IMG/VR virus record: IMGVR_UViG_3300031992_000052
Span: 31,164 to 95,163 of that record
Length of the DNA stretch: 64,000 bases
Source of the DNA: a virus
Lineage: Duplodnaviria; Caudoviricetes
Reading direction: 5' to 3' (one strand)
A program made the position numbers and the translations under genes. Positions 49,800-59,891 of this stretch are shown here, one piece after another. The notes under the pieces are model-generated. The model did no database searches and was not told where the DNA came from. It saw nothing but the letters and a program-made list of their open reading frames with translations. Each line of letters starts with the position of its first letter. Within the stretch, counting starts at the first letter, position 1.

Positions 49800-50213
49800 T
49801 TAGAATGGCAGGTCGTCGGCTGAGCCCTGGCCCTGCACGGGCTGACCGTTGGAGTTCACCTGCGGCGGGAAGGGCGACTGCGATGGCTGAGGGCTGACGG
49901 CTGACGGCTGAGCCTGTTGCTGATACGGCTGCTGCCCTACGGAGCGGAGCACGTTGTAGCAGCGGATTTCGTTGAACCAGCGGCCGTTGTACTCGTGGGC
50001 GTCGATGTCGAACTGTATGGTGACATTCTGTTCGCCCTGCTGAATGTTGAATTGCTTGATGCGGTCTTCGCCGAAGATGCGGAAGACCATGCGCTTCGGA
50101 TACTGCGCCGGCACTTCCAATACATAATCCTGCGACATCCATGGATTGCCGCTACGCTGAGAGACGCCCGACTGCGCGGGCATCACTACTGTGATTGTTC
50201 CTGTAAGATCCAT
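49800..50213 (-). CDS. DUF3127-like putative ssDNA-binding protein
   Basis: SGVS..SGNPW..QDYV..YPK..FG.D.I..FDIDAHEYNGRWFN; C-terminal DDLPF. Confidence 0.85.
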   Translation of the reverse strand: MDLTGTITVVMPAQSGVSQRSGNPWMSQDYVLEVPAQYPKRMVFRIFGEDRIKQFNIQQGEQNVTIQFDIDAHEYNGRWFNEIRCYNVLRSVGQQPYQQQAQPSAVSPQPSQSPFPPQVNSNGQPVQGQGSADDLPF

Positions 50214-50217
50214 TTTG

Positions 50218-50643
50218 CTATTCTTTGTTCGTTGTTTCTAATTTATGTTTCTTCTTGTTCTTCTGAAAGGGCATGAGCTTCTGCTGCTTCGGGTCGTAGG
50301 TGTGACTTCGGACGATGCCCAGTCGGAAGGCGAAGCCCTCCTCAATCTTTGCGCCCCTCGACAGTTGCCAGCCGTCTATCATGCAGATGTTGTCGGAGCG
50401 GGACAGCAGCCAGAGGTCATAGACGAGCACCGTGCGGTAGGCACCGTCCTCGCCCAGCAGGCGCTCCAGCAGGCGGTAGATACGCGGGTGCTTGCAGGGT
50501 AAAACATTTGCCGGGTTCACGGGTCGGCAGCCCGAGGCCCGCAGCAGCGTGGCACAGTCGTGGAACGCCTGCACGTTCCGCGCCTGCTCCTCGCTGTCGC
50601 TCGAAGTCATCGGGCCAGAGATATAGATACGTTGCTTCTTCAT
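50218..50643 (-). CDS. DUF4406-like (nucleoside deoxyribosyltransferase-like) protein
   Basis: RIYISGPMT..VNP..D.I.M.DGW..SRGA.IE. Confidence 0.8.
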   Translation of the reverse strand: MKKQRIYISGPMTSSDSEEQARNVQAFHDCATLLRASGCRPVNPANVLPCKHPRIYRLLERLLGEDGAYRTVLVYDLWLLSRSDNICMIDGWQLSRGAKIEEGFAFRLGIVRSHTYDPKQQKLMPFQKNKKKHKLETTNKE

Positions 50644-51263
50644 GCCTCGTTCTCGTTAGGTATTTGTCCGTTCTCGCGCATGGCGGTGAGCTTGCCGATG
50701 AGTTGCTGGCGAAGTTCTGGCGTAGCGGTCTTGACATACTTGTCTGCTATCTCCTCGACTGTCTTGCTGCGGTCTTTCAGTTCCTCTGCCATGCGACCCA
50801 TCAAGTCGGCAGCCTTATCTTGAGCATACTCGAACACGTCGATAATCTTGGTCTCGGCGATGTTCGACTTCTCGTAGTCTATCATCGTGCCGTCCATCAC
50901 TTCGTTGATGTTCTTGACGGCACCGTCGAGCGTGGCGGCCTGCACCAGGTAGGTGACGGCGCTGCGCTTCTCCTTCTCCGTCTTCTCGTCGATGGTGATG
51001 AACATGAGCTTGGCCTTGTAGTAGCGGTCGTCATTCGCCGCGTCGCTGAAGAACACTTCCTTGTACTGTGCCTTCTTCACGTCAGTGATTTCAAACTCGC
51101 CGCTGATGTATGCGGACATTTCCTCGATGATGCGCTTCTCGGCCTCGCTGAACGAGAGGGCATCCACCACATACTGTTCTGTCACTTTCTTCTGCAAGCC
51201 GTTCTCCATGACTTTCTCATAGCGGACCTTGCACTCAAACCATGTTGCTGTTCTTGATCTCAT
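50640..51263 (-). CDS. DUF4494-like protein
   Basis: WFECKVRYEKVMENGLQKKVTEQYVVDALSFSEAE. Confidence 0.85.
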   Translation of the reverse strand: MRSRTATWFECKVRYEKVMENGLQKKVTEQYVVDALSFSEAEKRIIEEMSAYISGEFEITDVKKAQYKEVFFSDAANDDRYYKAKLMFITIDEKTEKEKRSAVTYLVQAATLDGAVKNINEVMDGTMIDYEKSNIAETKIIDVFEYAQDKAADLMGRMAEELKDRSKTVEEIADKYVKTATPELRQQLIGKLTAMRENGQIPNENEA

Positions 51264-51316
51264 TGTTGTTGATGTTTTATTGGGTTATTAACTGTTCGGG
51301 CTTTCGCCCTCGAAAT

Positions 51317-51751
51317 TCACTCTATCGGTTTCCCTCTGAAGGTGACGCCCTCGTCATCCTCCGTCCAGCTGCCCAGCAGTGTGACCGAGTGGCGCTGCTG
51401 CCATCGTGCGGCCTTGCGCTTCCACTTGGTGTCGCGGTGGTATCGCTGGCCCTGGCGCAGGGATTTCTTCATCTTGCGGGGCAGGGAGCTGCCGTCGGGT
51501 GTGAGCGTCACCATGCTATCTGAATCGTGGAGCAGACGGGAGATGCTGTTCAAGGCTTCCTCGTCGCCATTGGTTGTCGTGGTTATCGTTGCCGTTCCTG
51601 TCATGGTGAAGCCTTTCGGCAACTGATAGGTGCCACTTTCTTCTTCCGGCGCAACGCTTATCTGGTCGCTGCTGATGATAAGTGGTTCCGGGTTCAGCAA
51701 CGCAGCGGTATTTATTCCGTAAACCGGCAGTGCTACTTTTTCCTTCTCCAT
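51317..51751 (-). CDS. hypothetical protein
   Basis: start at ATG 51751; LPRKMKK motif. Confidence 0.7.
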   Translation of the reverse strand: MEKEKVALPVYGINTAALLNPEPLIISSDQISVAPEEESGTYQLPKGFTMTGTATITTTTNGDEEALNSISRLLHDSDSMVTLTPDGSSLPRKMKKSLRQGQRYHRDTKWKRKAARWQQRHSVTLLGSWTEDDEGVTFRGKPIE

Positions 51752-51812
51752 AATCGTTCTTGTTTTTAAGCCGTCTTTCGACGGGAAATTATTATTAAAA
51801 TTGTTATTAAAA

Positions 51813-52208
51813 TTATTCTGCATAGCCGTCTTTGAGGGCTTGCTGCAGCAGGTCAATCATCTGCTGCACCTCCTGACGCGAGTAGATGGCAAAGCCCACC
51901 TCGTCGTTGTCCTCGAACATGCCGTCGCGTCCCGTCCAGTGCTCAAAGGGGTATTCCTTGCCCAGGTGTTGCTCCATGTCTGTGAGGATGTCGTCGTTCT
52001 CCGAATCAGACTGTGCGGCGCAGGCGTCAAGGTTGCCTACCTCCGTGCTGTAGAAGTCCACGTCCCATGGCCCGTCGAGTATGCAGGGCGTCTGTATGCT
52101 GAACAGATAGTTGTCGTAGCTGTTCGTCTGCTTGTTCAGCCTTGGGAACTTGCAGAACACGGTGCCTTTCGGCATCCGCTTGAATGTCTCGCGGTTTATA
52201 ATCTTCAT
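51813..52208 (-). CDS. hypothetical protein
   Basis: MKIINRETFKRMPKGTVF; ATGA-coupled. Confidence 0.75.
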   Translation of the reverse strand: MKIINRETFKRMPKGTVFCKFPRLNKQTNSYDNYLFSIQTPCILDGPWDVDFYSTEVGNLDACAAQSDSENDDILTDMEQHLGKEYPFEHWTGRDGMFEDNDEVGFAIYSRQEVQQMIDLLQQALKDGYAE

Positions 52209-52771
52209 ACGCCGTCCTCCTTTTTCGTCTTCTCTGCCATCTTCCTGAACATACGCTTTATCTCGTTGAGTGCTGCATTGTCCTCCAACAGGCACACGTC
52301 TGCCTCGCGGAGTGGAGTGGCCCAGCGGTCGCCTCCGATGCCGAGGAAGTGGAAATAGTCGGTGTTGCCCTCGCGCTCGATGCCGGCGCAGTAGGCCAGC
52401 ACGTACTCGTTGCCGCGCATTGTCGTCACCAGCCGGCCTATGTAACCGTTCTCGCGCCGTATCGGCACCTCGTTCTCGTCGCGCCAGCCGGGGTGTGCCC
52501 GGTCGATAAGGTAGTAGCATTTCAGCGTCCAGGCGTCGAGGTCCATCACGTAGCCGTAGTACACGTAGTCAGGCTGCTCGTCGGTCAGTTCAACTTCCGG
52601 CACCGACTTGATAATCAGCTGCACCACGCCTGACAGCGTGAGTCTTCTTGACGAGGTGTCCATAAGCTGCTGTAGCTCCAGCCCCAGTCTGTTCTCGTGG
52701 CCTTCGGCATGGCGGTAGAACCACGCCGTGCGCCCTCCCTTGGTAATCTTGATTGCTGCTTTTGTGCTCAT
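52205..52771 (-). CDS. hypothetical protein
   Basis: 188 aa; MST.A.I..FYRH.EG..LG motif. Confidence 0.75.
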   Translation of the reverse strand: MSTKAAIKITKGGRTAWFYRHAEGHENRLGLELQQLMDTSSRRLTLSGVVQLIIKSVPEVELTDEQPDYVYYGYVMDLDAWTLKCYYLIDRAHPGWRDENEVPIRRENGYIGRLVTTMRGNEYVLAYCAGIEREGNTDYFHFLGIGGDRWATPLREADVCLLEDNAALNEIKRMFRKMAEKTKKEDGV

Positions 52772-52798
52772 AATCGTTTTGCTTTGTTGTTATTACTC

Positions 52799-53194
52799 TT
52801 ACTCCTCTGGCTCCTCGCTGTAGGCTCCCGGTCGGAGCTGCCACAGGTGGAAGCAGTTCTCATGCAGGTTGACGAACGACTCGCGGCGGGGGAATATCTG
52901 TGCCACGGTCATGTTGTCGGGCATGAACTCGTAGCGCAGTTCCTTCAGTTCGTAGTAGCCCAGCGTGTGGTTCGAAGACGCTGATAGATGCCACAGTCCG
53001 TCGTCGATGGTGATGATGATCTGCTTGCCTTTGTAGTGGAACATGCCGGTGGAATAGACACCGTGCTCGTCCTCGATGTACTGCGGCGTGAGCAGTCCCT
53101 CGCCGCCCTCGTAGCCCACCAGGGCTGCGGTTGCTGCCATTGCCATCGGTGAAGGCTTCACGCGGCAGCGCTCCAGTTCTTCTCTTGTCTTCAT
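52799..53194 (-). CDS. hypothetical phage protein
   Basis: WHLS.S..QIFP..FVNLHENCFHLW. Confidence 0.8.
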   Translation of the reverse strand: MKTREELERCRVKPSPMAMAATAALVGYEGGEGLLTPQYIEDEHGVYSTGMFHYKGKQIIITIDDGLWHLSASSNHTLGYYELKELRYEFMPDNMTVAQIFPRRESFVNLHENCFHLWQLRPGAYSEEPEE

Positions 53195-53364
53195 TGTTTA
53201 GTGATTATGTCCTTATATTCCGTCTCGATATACTCTTTCAGCCCATAGAACGTGCGGCGTTCCATGAGCGAGGATGAAACAATCATGCGGCGCAGCGACT
53301 CGATGTCCTGGCCGGTGACGATAATTTGCAGTTCGTCGTCCTGCGTTTTTCCAAAATGTACCAT
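53191..53364 (-). CDS. 57-aa hypothetical protein
   Basis: manual translation MVHFGKTQDDELQII..; ATGA-coupled to the next gene. Confidence 0.6.
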   Translation of the reverse strand: MVHFGKTQDDELQIIVTGQDIESLRRMIVSSSLMERRTFYGLKEYIETEYKDIITKQ

Positions 53365-53469
53365 CTTTGTAATTTACGATTTGACGATTTACTATTTACT
53401 ATTTATTTACGATTTACCATTTACTATTTCTGAGCGGTAGCAAATTATTCACTATTCACTATTCACTTT

Positions 53470-55485
53470 TCACTTAAAAAAGCTCCAGTCCTTGCCGACG
53501 GCATTTGGGTAGTCGTCGAAAATCTTGTGCAACTCGTCGTCGGTGAACAGGCGGTGCTTGCCGGTGCCGCCAATGAAGTCACGGAACGACTGCTTCCAAT
53601 ACACCGTGGCGCGGTCTCGCGTCTGCTGCATCACGTCCTGCACGAAGGCGAGGCACTCGGCAGGGTCGTAGGGCCTGAACTCCTGGCCGCCGAGCGTGAA
53701 CCCCTTGCGGCATACCTTCGTGCGCTCGGTCATCAGTCCGATCTTGAAGTGCTGGCAGCCCGCGTCGAGCGCCTGCTGTATCATGCGGAAACTGGAGTCG
53801 AAGTCAATGACCGGCTCGATGCTGGCCCACGTCTTGAAGTGCATCTCTGTCAGTTGCATCATGGTCTTGATGCGCTTGGCGTTGGGGTCGGCGTGTGGTT
53901 CCAGTTCGTCGTGCCCCGTCAACGTGAATCCGAATGCTATGGGGTCGGGGTCGCTGGTAAAGTGCGGGTTGTCGATGAAGTCGAGCCGTCCGTGGCCTGT
54001 ATGATAGAAGGGGATACTGCGGCTCCATTGTTCTGTTTTGTCAAATCCAAATATTTGCTCGGTAAATGAATCGAGGATGAGAAAAGTAGCATCCTTGGTA
54101 AGCAACATCACGGGGATGCGCATTTGGTGGGCGGCATCGTGGGCGATGGTCAGCGACAGGTTGCGCGTATTCGGCAGGCACGGGTCACTGGTGAAGGTGA
54201 AGAACAACCCGCCGTCGCGGATGATTTCGTCCTTGTGTTCGATGATTTCGGTCATCGCCAGGTGATAGGCATGGTCGTTACTCACCACGCCCTTCTTCAG
54301 CACGGGGTGATCTTGTCCGAGGTATTTGCCCGACGGGCCTTTCCGCAGATAGCAGTTATGCGCCACAAAGCCGTTGGCAAAGAAGTTGCCCGTGGTGGTC
54401 TCTATGTCGATAAGCCGTGCAGGGTTCGTCAGTTTCTTCTTTTCTGTCATGTACACGCTGTTGTTGTCGAATTTCAGCCGAGAACCCTCGAAGTCAAACA
54501 GCGACGTGATGGCCGGACGGCAGGCACGCACAAAGAGAAGGCTCGTCAGCAGTCCACCCTTCAAGCGTACTATCTTCAACACTTTCCCGCTTGGCTCCTG
54601 CTTTGGCTTGTCGAAGGTATAGGGGATGCCAAACTCGTCGAGTGCCGTGCAGTATGTGCTGATGATTCGGTCGTTGCAGTTAGACATACGCTTTGCCCGC
54701 CTCTTGCCGCCCTCAGCGTCATAAATGCCAGCCATAAAGCCGCGCAGCCACTCCCGGCTGTCGCCCCATTCTATGAGCGAGGTTATCTTCTGATAGTTAT
54801 AAATGCCTCCTTTTCGGATGGCCTTATGCACGACGACCTCCTTTGTAGTCCTGTCAATCATAGGAAAGTCCGTCTCGTTTACCTCAATGCCGAAATGCAA
54901 CAGATACTCACGTGTGCGGTCGATGGCTTCATGTTCCTTCAGTGCCAGCCGGAAGGGGTACTCGCTGTAATTGTCATAGTGGTATTCGGCCAGGTTGGCA
55001 TCGCCGCGAATGATTCCCGACAGATACCCACGGCGGTAGTCGTCGGTGATGTCAAAGTCCGAGACTGGGTACTGCGGTATGCACACCATGCGGTTGTTCA
55101 CCGTCAGGAACGGACGGCGGTGGAAGCCGCGCTCCGTGCCTGATGTGTACTTCCATCCGCGCTCGGTCAGGAAACGGTGGTCGCCGGAGCATACTATCTG
55201 CTGTCCGTTAGAAAACGTCAGCCGCCAAGGTTTCTTTGTCACCTCGGCCCTTGCCGTCACCTTGGCTCGTGTGATGGCGTACTTTCCTGTGTTCTGCTTC
55301 TCCACTCCGTAGATTTCGTCACCCACCTGCACGTCATCAATGCGTTTCGATGAACCGTCGGCCATAAATACATGCGTGTCTGGAGCGACACAGTAGTTAC
55401 ACTGGTTGCTGCATCCGACATACGGGTTCACAGCCCATCTGCCATACTCCTCGGCATTCTTCTTGGGTCTTGATAAGATTTTCAT
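53470..55485 (-). CDS. radical SAM protein (SplB/Rv2578c-like) containing an intein
   Basis: NPYVGCSNQCNY|intein|CYLR, plus F.SDP, LLTK and TWASIEP motifs. Confidence 0.88.
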   Translation of the reverse strand: MKILSRPKKNAEEYGRWAVNPYVGCSNQCNYCVAPDTHVFMADGSSKRIDDVQVGDEIYGVEKQNTGKYAITRAKVTARAEVTKKPWRLTFSNGQQIVCSGDHRFLTERGWKYTSGTERGFHRRPFLTVNNRMVCIPQYPVSDFDITDDYRRGYLSGIIRGDANLAEYHYDNYSEYPFRLALKEHEAIDRTREYLLHFGIEVNETDFPMIDRTTKEVVVHKAIRKGGIYNYQKITSLIEWGDSREWLRGFMAGIYDAEGGKRRAKRMSNCNDRIISTYCTALDEFGIPYTFDKPKQEPSGKVLKIVRLKGGLLTSLLFVRACRPAITSLFDFEGSRLKFDNNSVYMTEKKKLTNPARLIDIETTTGNFFANGFVAHNCYLRKGPSGKYLGQDHPVLKKGVVSNDHAYHLAMTEIIEHKDEIIRDGGLFFTFTSDPCLPNTRNLSLTIAHDAAHQMRIPVMLLTKDATFLILDSFTEQIFGFDKTEQWSRSIPFYHTGHGRLDFIDNPHFTSDPDPIAFGFTLTGHDELEPHADPNAKRIKTMMQLTEMHFKTWASIEPVIDFDSSFRMIQQALDAGCQHFKIGLMTERTKVCRKGFTLGGQEFRPYDPAECLAFVQDVMQQTRDRATVYWKQSFRDFIGGTGKHRLFTDDELHKIFDDYPNAVGKDWSFFK
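54355..55392 (-). mobile_element. 346-aa intein with LAGLIDADG homing endonuclease
   Basis: starts CVAPDTHVFMADGS, has block B SGDHRFLT, YLSGIIRGDAN and FMAGIYDAEGG, ends NFFANGFVAHN followed by Cys. Confidence 0.93.
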
Positions 55486-55499
55486 ATCGCTTAATGTAA

Positions 55500-55943
55500 T
55501 TACTTGTTCCACAATCTATCCCATAGCGAGCGGTTCTTCAGGCGAAAGACTTCCTGCTCTAAATCTATCTTCTGCCGTTGACACGCTTCGAGGGTCTTTT
55601 CCGATTGTTCCAGTTGATCCTCCATGTTTTGGGCCTCCTGTTTCCATCCGCGCTCCACCTCGGCAATCTTCTCGTCGAGTTCGCTGGTCACGTCCTCCAT
55701 GTTGATTAGCTTGTCCTCAATGATTTCTTGCTGACCGAGGGCACGGGGATTGGTAGTTAGTTCCGTCACCTTGATAATCTGCCGACGTACTCGCACCTTG
55801 TTCTCGTCACAAACGTTGTCAAGAATTTGGGTCAGCGTGTCGTTCTGTTCCTCCAAATCCTTGATTCGGTCGCGCATCTCATTGTATTCCTTCAGCGAAA
55901 GTCTTACTTCGCCAAAGTCTGGAATGTTAATAATCTCTGCCAT
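55500..55943 (-). CDS. hypothetical coiled-coil protein
   Basis: 147-aa ORF. Confidence 0.75.
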   Translation of the reverse strand: MAEIINIPDFGEVRLSLKEYNEMRDRIKDLEEQNDTLTQILDNVCDENKVRVRRQIIKVTELTTNPRALGQQEIIEDKLINMEDVTSELDEKIAEVERGWKQEAQNMEDQLEQSEKTLEACQRQKIDLEQEVFRLKNRSLWDRLWNK

Positions 55944-55959
55944 AGTCTTAAATATTTTT

Positions 55960-57567
55960 TTATTGGTTCATACTCTTAATCTTTCTGCATAGGGCTTCGC
56001 AGAGCACGCGGCTCATGTTCACCTCCACGGCATTGCCGATGTATTTCTTCTGTTCGGCCTGGGTGCCGATGAGCACGTAGTCGGTGGGGAAGCCCATGAT
56101 GCGCTTCAGCTCGCCGATATTCAGCATACGCATACAGATGTCAACGATGCCGTATGCGGCCATGAACTCCTTCACCTTGCGCGTCCAGGGGCTGTCGCTC
56201 TCATAGATGGCGATGCCCACCGCGCCCTCCTTGGTGGTAATCAGGTAGGGCGGCATCTTGTCCATCCGCGCTATCAACGTGAAGCAAGGGTTGTCGATGC
56301 TGCCGCCGTTGCTCTGGTACTGAGGGTTCATCAGGTATTGCGCCGACACAATCTTCTGCTTGGGATTGTTGACAAGCGTCGGCGCTGGCCCGTCGATAGA
56401 TGACGGCTTACTCTTGCCGTACTGGTTATCCATGAACTTTGTCGTCACCAGCGAAATCCTGTCCTTGGTGGTGACGGTAGGCGCAGGACTGTCAATCGAC
56501 GAGTTGAATCCGTTGCCGTAGTATGCTGTCACGAAGGCATGGTGGTCGATGGTGGTCACGGTGCCGGCGGGCTGCTCTATGTCGATGTTCTTGCTGTCGG
56601 GGTCGCCACTGAACTGCTTCGAGAGGAACTGGCACTTCACCAGTCCGAGCCTGTTCTGGCACGCCACCGTGGGGCACGGCTCGTCGATGGACGGCGCATT
56701 GTGGTGGTTCTGCTGGTTCATCGAGTTGTACTTCAATATCCACGCCTCGTGCTGTTTCTTGCCCCCCGCCACGAACTTCACCAGTCCGGCATAGATGCGC
56801 TCCAGCGTTTTCTCGCACAGCGGCTTGCGGCGCACAAAGATGCTCTCGCCGTCGTCGTCGAGGTCGAGCACTTCGCGCACGGGTCGCCACTTCTTGTACA
56901 TCTTGAACATGCCGCCCTCGTCGCCGTTCTTGGCGTGGGTCTGCTGTGGGAAGGCTATCGGCAGCCCCTTCCTGGCAAACTGCCCGAAGTACCGCTTGCG
57001 CGAGGTGTAGGCCCCGAAGTCGGCAGCGTTCAGGATGCGCCACCCGAAGTCGTAGCCGTAGTCGCAGACGTGCATCACCCAGCGCATGTAGTCAATCCCC
57101 TTGCGCTTGCTGATGGGCTTGCCGTGCTCGTCCAGTTCGCCCCAGCACATAAACTCCTCCACGTTCTCTATTTGTATGTAATCGGGCTGCAGCGCCTCGA
57201 TGTAGCGGAACAGGTGCTCGGCCAGCGTCCGGCTGTCGGCATCGCGGGGCTGTCCGCCCTTCGCCTTACTGAAGTTGGTGCATTCAAGCGAAGCCCACAG
57301 CACCACCTTTGCCTTGGGGTACTGCCGACGCTTCTTCTCCAGATGCTTCACCATCGGCGACAGCTCCAGCGTGCGGATGTCCTCGGTGAAGTGGAGTGTG
57401 TGCGGGTGGTTGGCCTTGTGCGACTTGATGGCATTCGCGTCGTGGTTGACGCACGCCACCACCTCGGCACACTTCCTCCCGTCCAGCCGCGCATACTCCA
57501 CGCCGCTCGACGTGCCGCCTGCCCCGCAGAACAGGTCGATGTATAATGCTGTTATATTGTTGCTCAT
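55960..57567 (-). CDS. C5 DNA cytosine methyltransferase
   Basis: DLFCGAGG, LECTNFS, IENV, TSRKRYF and IGNAV motifs. Confidence 0.92.
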   Translation of the reverse strand: MSNNITALYIDLFCGAGGTSSGVEYARLDGRKCAEVVACVNHDANAIKSHKANHPHTLHFTEDIRTLELSPMVKHLEKKRRQYPKAKVVLWASLECTNFSKAKGGQPRDADSRTLAEHLFRYIEALQPDYIQIENVEEFMCWGELDEHGKPISKRKGIDYMRWVMHVCDYGYDFGWRILNAADFGAYTSRKRYFGQFARKGLPIAFPQQTHAKNGDEGGMFKMYKKWRPVREVLDLDDDGESIFVRRKPLCEKTLERIYAGLVKFVAGGKKQHEAWILKYNSMNQQNHHNAPSIDEPCPTVACQNRLGLVKCQFLSKQFSGDPDSKNIDIEQPAGTVTTIDHHAFVTAYYGNGFNSSIDSPAPTVTTKDRISLVTTKFMDNQYGKSKPSSIDGPAPTLVNNPKQKIVSAQYLMNPQYQSNGGSIDNPCFTLIARMDKMPPYLITTKEGAVGIAIYESDSPWTRKVKEFMAAYGIVDICMRMLNIGELKRIMGFPTDYVLIGTQAEQKKYIGNAVEVNMSRVLCEALCRKIKSMNQ

Positions 57568-58400
57568 ACTCCTCCTTCCTCCTTCTTCTCTATCAGCACC
57601 GACATGTCGTCGTGGATATTACCCACGTAGAGGAATCCCTTGCCGGAACCCTCCAGCATATAGTCCGAATAGAAGTGCTTGTCGTCAACGAAGCTCAGTT
57701 CTCCGTCGCGCTCCACGTAGCCGCGTGTCGGGGTGTAGAGCAGCTTGCGCCAACCCTTCGGTGTGGCCACATAGACACCGGCATCGCCGCTGTCAACGTA
57801 GCTGTAGAACACGCGGTCGTTCACGTTGCCGTAGAGCAGGTAGATGTCACCATCGAAGTACTGGAACTTCTCACGCCCCTGCCCCTTTATCTCTCCCTTC
57901 AGGTAGCCCAGGTGTTCGCTCACGCCCGTTATCTTCACCCCGTCGCGCTGCAGCAGCTCAGCCAGCAGCGATATGCCGAATCGGCTGCCCATATCTACGT
58001 TGAGCGTCCCTCGCCGTCCATCCTCGGTGTAGTAGTAGCGGCGCCTGTCGCTCTGGCGGTACTGGTTATGCTCGATGTGCGGCACGTGCTCCTGCTCCCA
58101 GTCGTCCGGCTTCATGGCGTATGCTGCCTCGGCTATCTCGATGGTCTTGGGCAAGTGGTCGATATACTCCGGCAACCATCGGCAACGCCGTGCTTCCTCA
58201 CTGTCGAAGAGTGCGATACTGTGTATCATCTTAGGAGTCATGTTCAGCAGTCCGTACATGACATCAATCTTCCTCTCGTTCGTGATGCCGAAGCGGGTCT
58301 GTGCAACCATGGCGAAGCGATCCTTCGTCACGTAGTTGCGGATTTCGTTGACGCGGTCGAAGACTTTCGCCGCCTGTTTCAATTCGTCGAATGTAATCAT
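57564..58400 (-). CDS. hypothetical protein
   Basis: 278 aa from ATG 58400. Confidence 0.75.
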   Translation of the reverse strand: MITFDELKQAAKVFDRVNEIRNYVTKDRFAMVAQTRFGITNERKIDVMYGLLNMTPKMIHSIALFDSEEARRCRWLPEYIDHLPKTIEIAEAAYAMKPDDWEQEHVPHIEHNQYRQSDRRRYYYTEDGRRGTLNVDMGSRFGISLLAELLQRDGVKITGVSEHLGYLKGEIKGQGREKFQYFDGDIYLLYGNVNDRVFYSYVDSGDAGVYVATPKGWRKLLYTPTRGYVERDGELSFVDDKHFYSDYMLEGSGKGFLYVGNIHDDMSVLIEKKEEGGV

Positions 58401-58467
58401 AATCTGTGTAGCTTTAAATTGTAATCTCTTGTTAATGATTCTTGTTTCTGTTGTTATAAATTGTCTG

Positions 58468-59424
58468 TCATTCTTCCTCCTCAAACTCCAGTCGCTGCTG
58501 CTGTCGCTCCTGGCGCAGGCGCTCCAGACAGAGGGCGTGATAGTCGGGTGACAGCTCGAAGCCAACATAGTGGCGGCTGATGCGGTAGGCGGCGACGGCA
58601 GTGGTGGCCGTGCCCATGAAAGGGTCGAGCACCAGACCGCCTTGCGGACAGCCGAGGGCGATGCACTGCAGGGGCAGCTCCACGGGGAAGGTGGCGTGGT
58701 GGCCCTCATAGCCGGGCTTGACCAGTATTGGCCACACGTCGCGCTTGTTACGGAAGCCGTCGCTCTGATTGCCGCCACGAAACTGCACATTCCGGTGACC
58801 GTGCACGGTAAACTTCACCTTGCGGTGATTATACTCGTGGGCACGGATGCCGGTGTTGGCAGGCTCGCGCAGCGCATCGACGCTGAAGTAGTAGCGAGGA
58901 CGCTTGGTGAGCAGGAAGATGTGCTCGTGCGACTTGGTGCAGCGGCATTTCACGCTCTCTGGCATCGGGTTAGGCTTCTGCCAGATGATGTCCTGCCGCA
59001 GATAGAAGCCCATGTCGCGCAGGGCAAAGGCCAGCATCCATGGTATGCCTATCAGGTCTTTGTCTTTCAGATTCTTGCATTCCAGCCCGAAGCCCGATGG
59101 ACGGGCAGGGTGCCCGCTTTCTCCAGCGAACTTCGTGTCGTAATATTGGCGGGTGGTGGCACCACGGTAACAGTTGTAGGTGTCGCCGATGACCACCCAG
59201 CATGTCGCCTCGGGCTTCATCACGCGCAGCACCTCGCGGAACACGTCGCAGAGCCGGGCGATGTACTCCTCCGGCGACTGCTCCAGTCCTATCTGTCCCT
59301 CGCAGCCATAGTCGCGCAGGGCGAAGTAGGGCGGCGACGTGACGCAGCAGTCCACCGTAGCGTCCTCCATCTGCCGCAGTCCTTCGAGGCAGTCTATGTT
59401 GTAGATGTTGTCGGGTTCAATCAT
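58468..59424 (-). CDS. beta-class N4-C/N6-A DNA methyltransferase
   Basis: N-terminal VTSPPY and C-terminal HHATFP..VLDPFMGTATT. Confidence 0.92.
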   Translation of the reverse strand: MIEPDNIYNIDCLEGLRQMEDATVDCCVTSPPYFALRDYGCEGQIGLEQSPEEYIARLCDVFREVLRVMKPEATCWVVIGDTYNCYRGATTRQYYDTKFAGESGHPARPSGFGLECKNLKDKDLIGIPWMLAFALRDMGFYLRQDIIWQKPNPMPESVKCRCTKSHEHIFLLTKRPRYYFSVDALREPANTGIRAHEYNHRKVKFTVHGHRNVQFRGGNQSDGFRNKRDVWPILVKPGYEGHHATFPVELPLQCIALGCPQGGLVLDPFMGTATTAVAAYRISRHYVGFELSPDYHALCLERLRQERQQQRLEFEEEE

Positions 59425-59445
59425 TGTTGTAATGTCTTTTGTTTG

Positions 59446-59874
59446 TTACCTTACCTCTGGCACGAGACGGTGGATGAACTCGGTTTCGGCCTTGACATAT
59501 TCCTCGATGTATTCCTTGTCGGCCTCCATGTCGAGCTGGAAGTCAGGGTCGCCGATGGGGATGCCAAGCATCCAGCCGAGGATGCCGACGGCAAAGAAAC
59601 TGGAGAGGGAGTCCATCTTCGGGGCGGTGCCTTCGTTTGGTGTCGTTGCGCCCGTCGTGTCCGCATTGCATTGCTGCATGGTCTGCTGCGTCATCGTAAG
59701 CCCCTGGCTCACTTGTTCGCGCACCCTCTGGAATGCCCCGGTGATGTAGTCATACACCCGTTTGTAGCCCTCGCTCTCGCGGCACCGCCGCTCGTGATAG
59801 GCCATGCGTTCAGCTTCCACCTGCGCATTGTGCTCGGCAGCCGTCATTGGTCTTTTGTCGGTCATATATGTCAT
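59446..59874 (-). CDS. hypothetical protein
   Basis: 142-aa ORF. Confidence 0.7.
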   Translation of the reverse strand: MTYMTDKRPMTAAEHNAQVEAERMAYHERRCRESEGYKRVYDYITGAFQRVREQVSQGLTMTQQTMQQCNADTTGATTPNEGTAPKMDSLSSFFAVGILGWMLGIPIGDPDFQLDMEADKEYIEEYVKAETEFIHRLVPEVR

Positions 59875-59891
59875 ATCGCTCTTATGAATAA

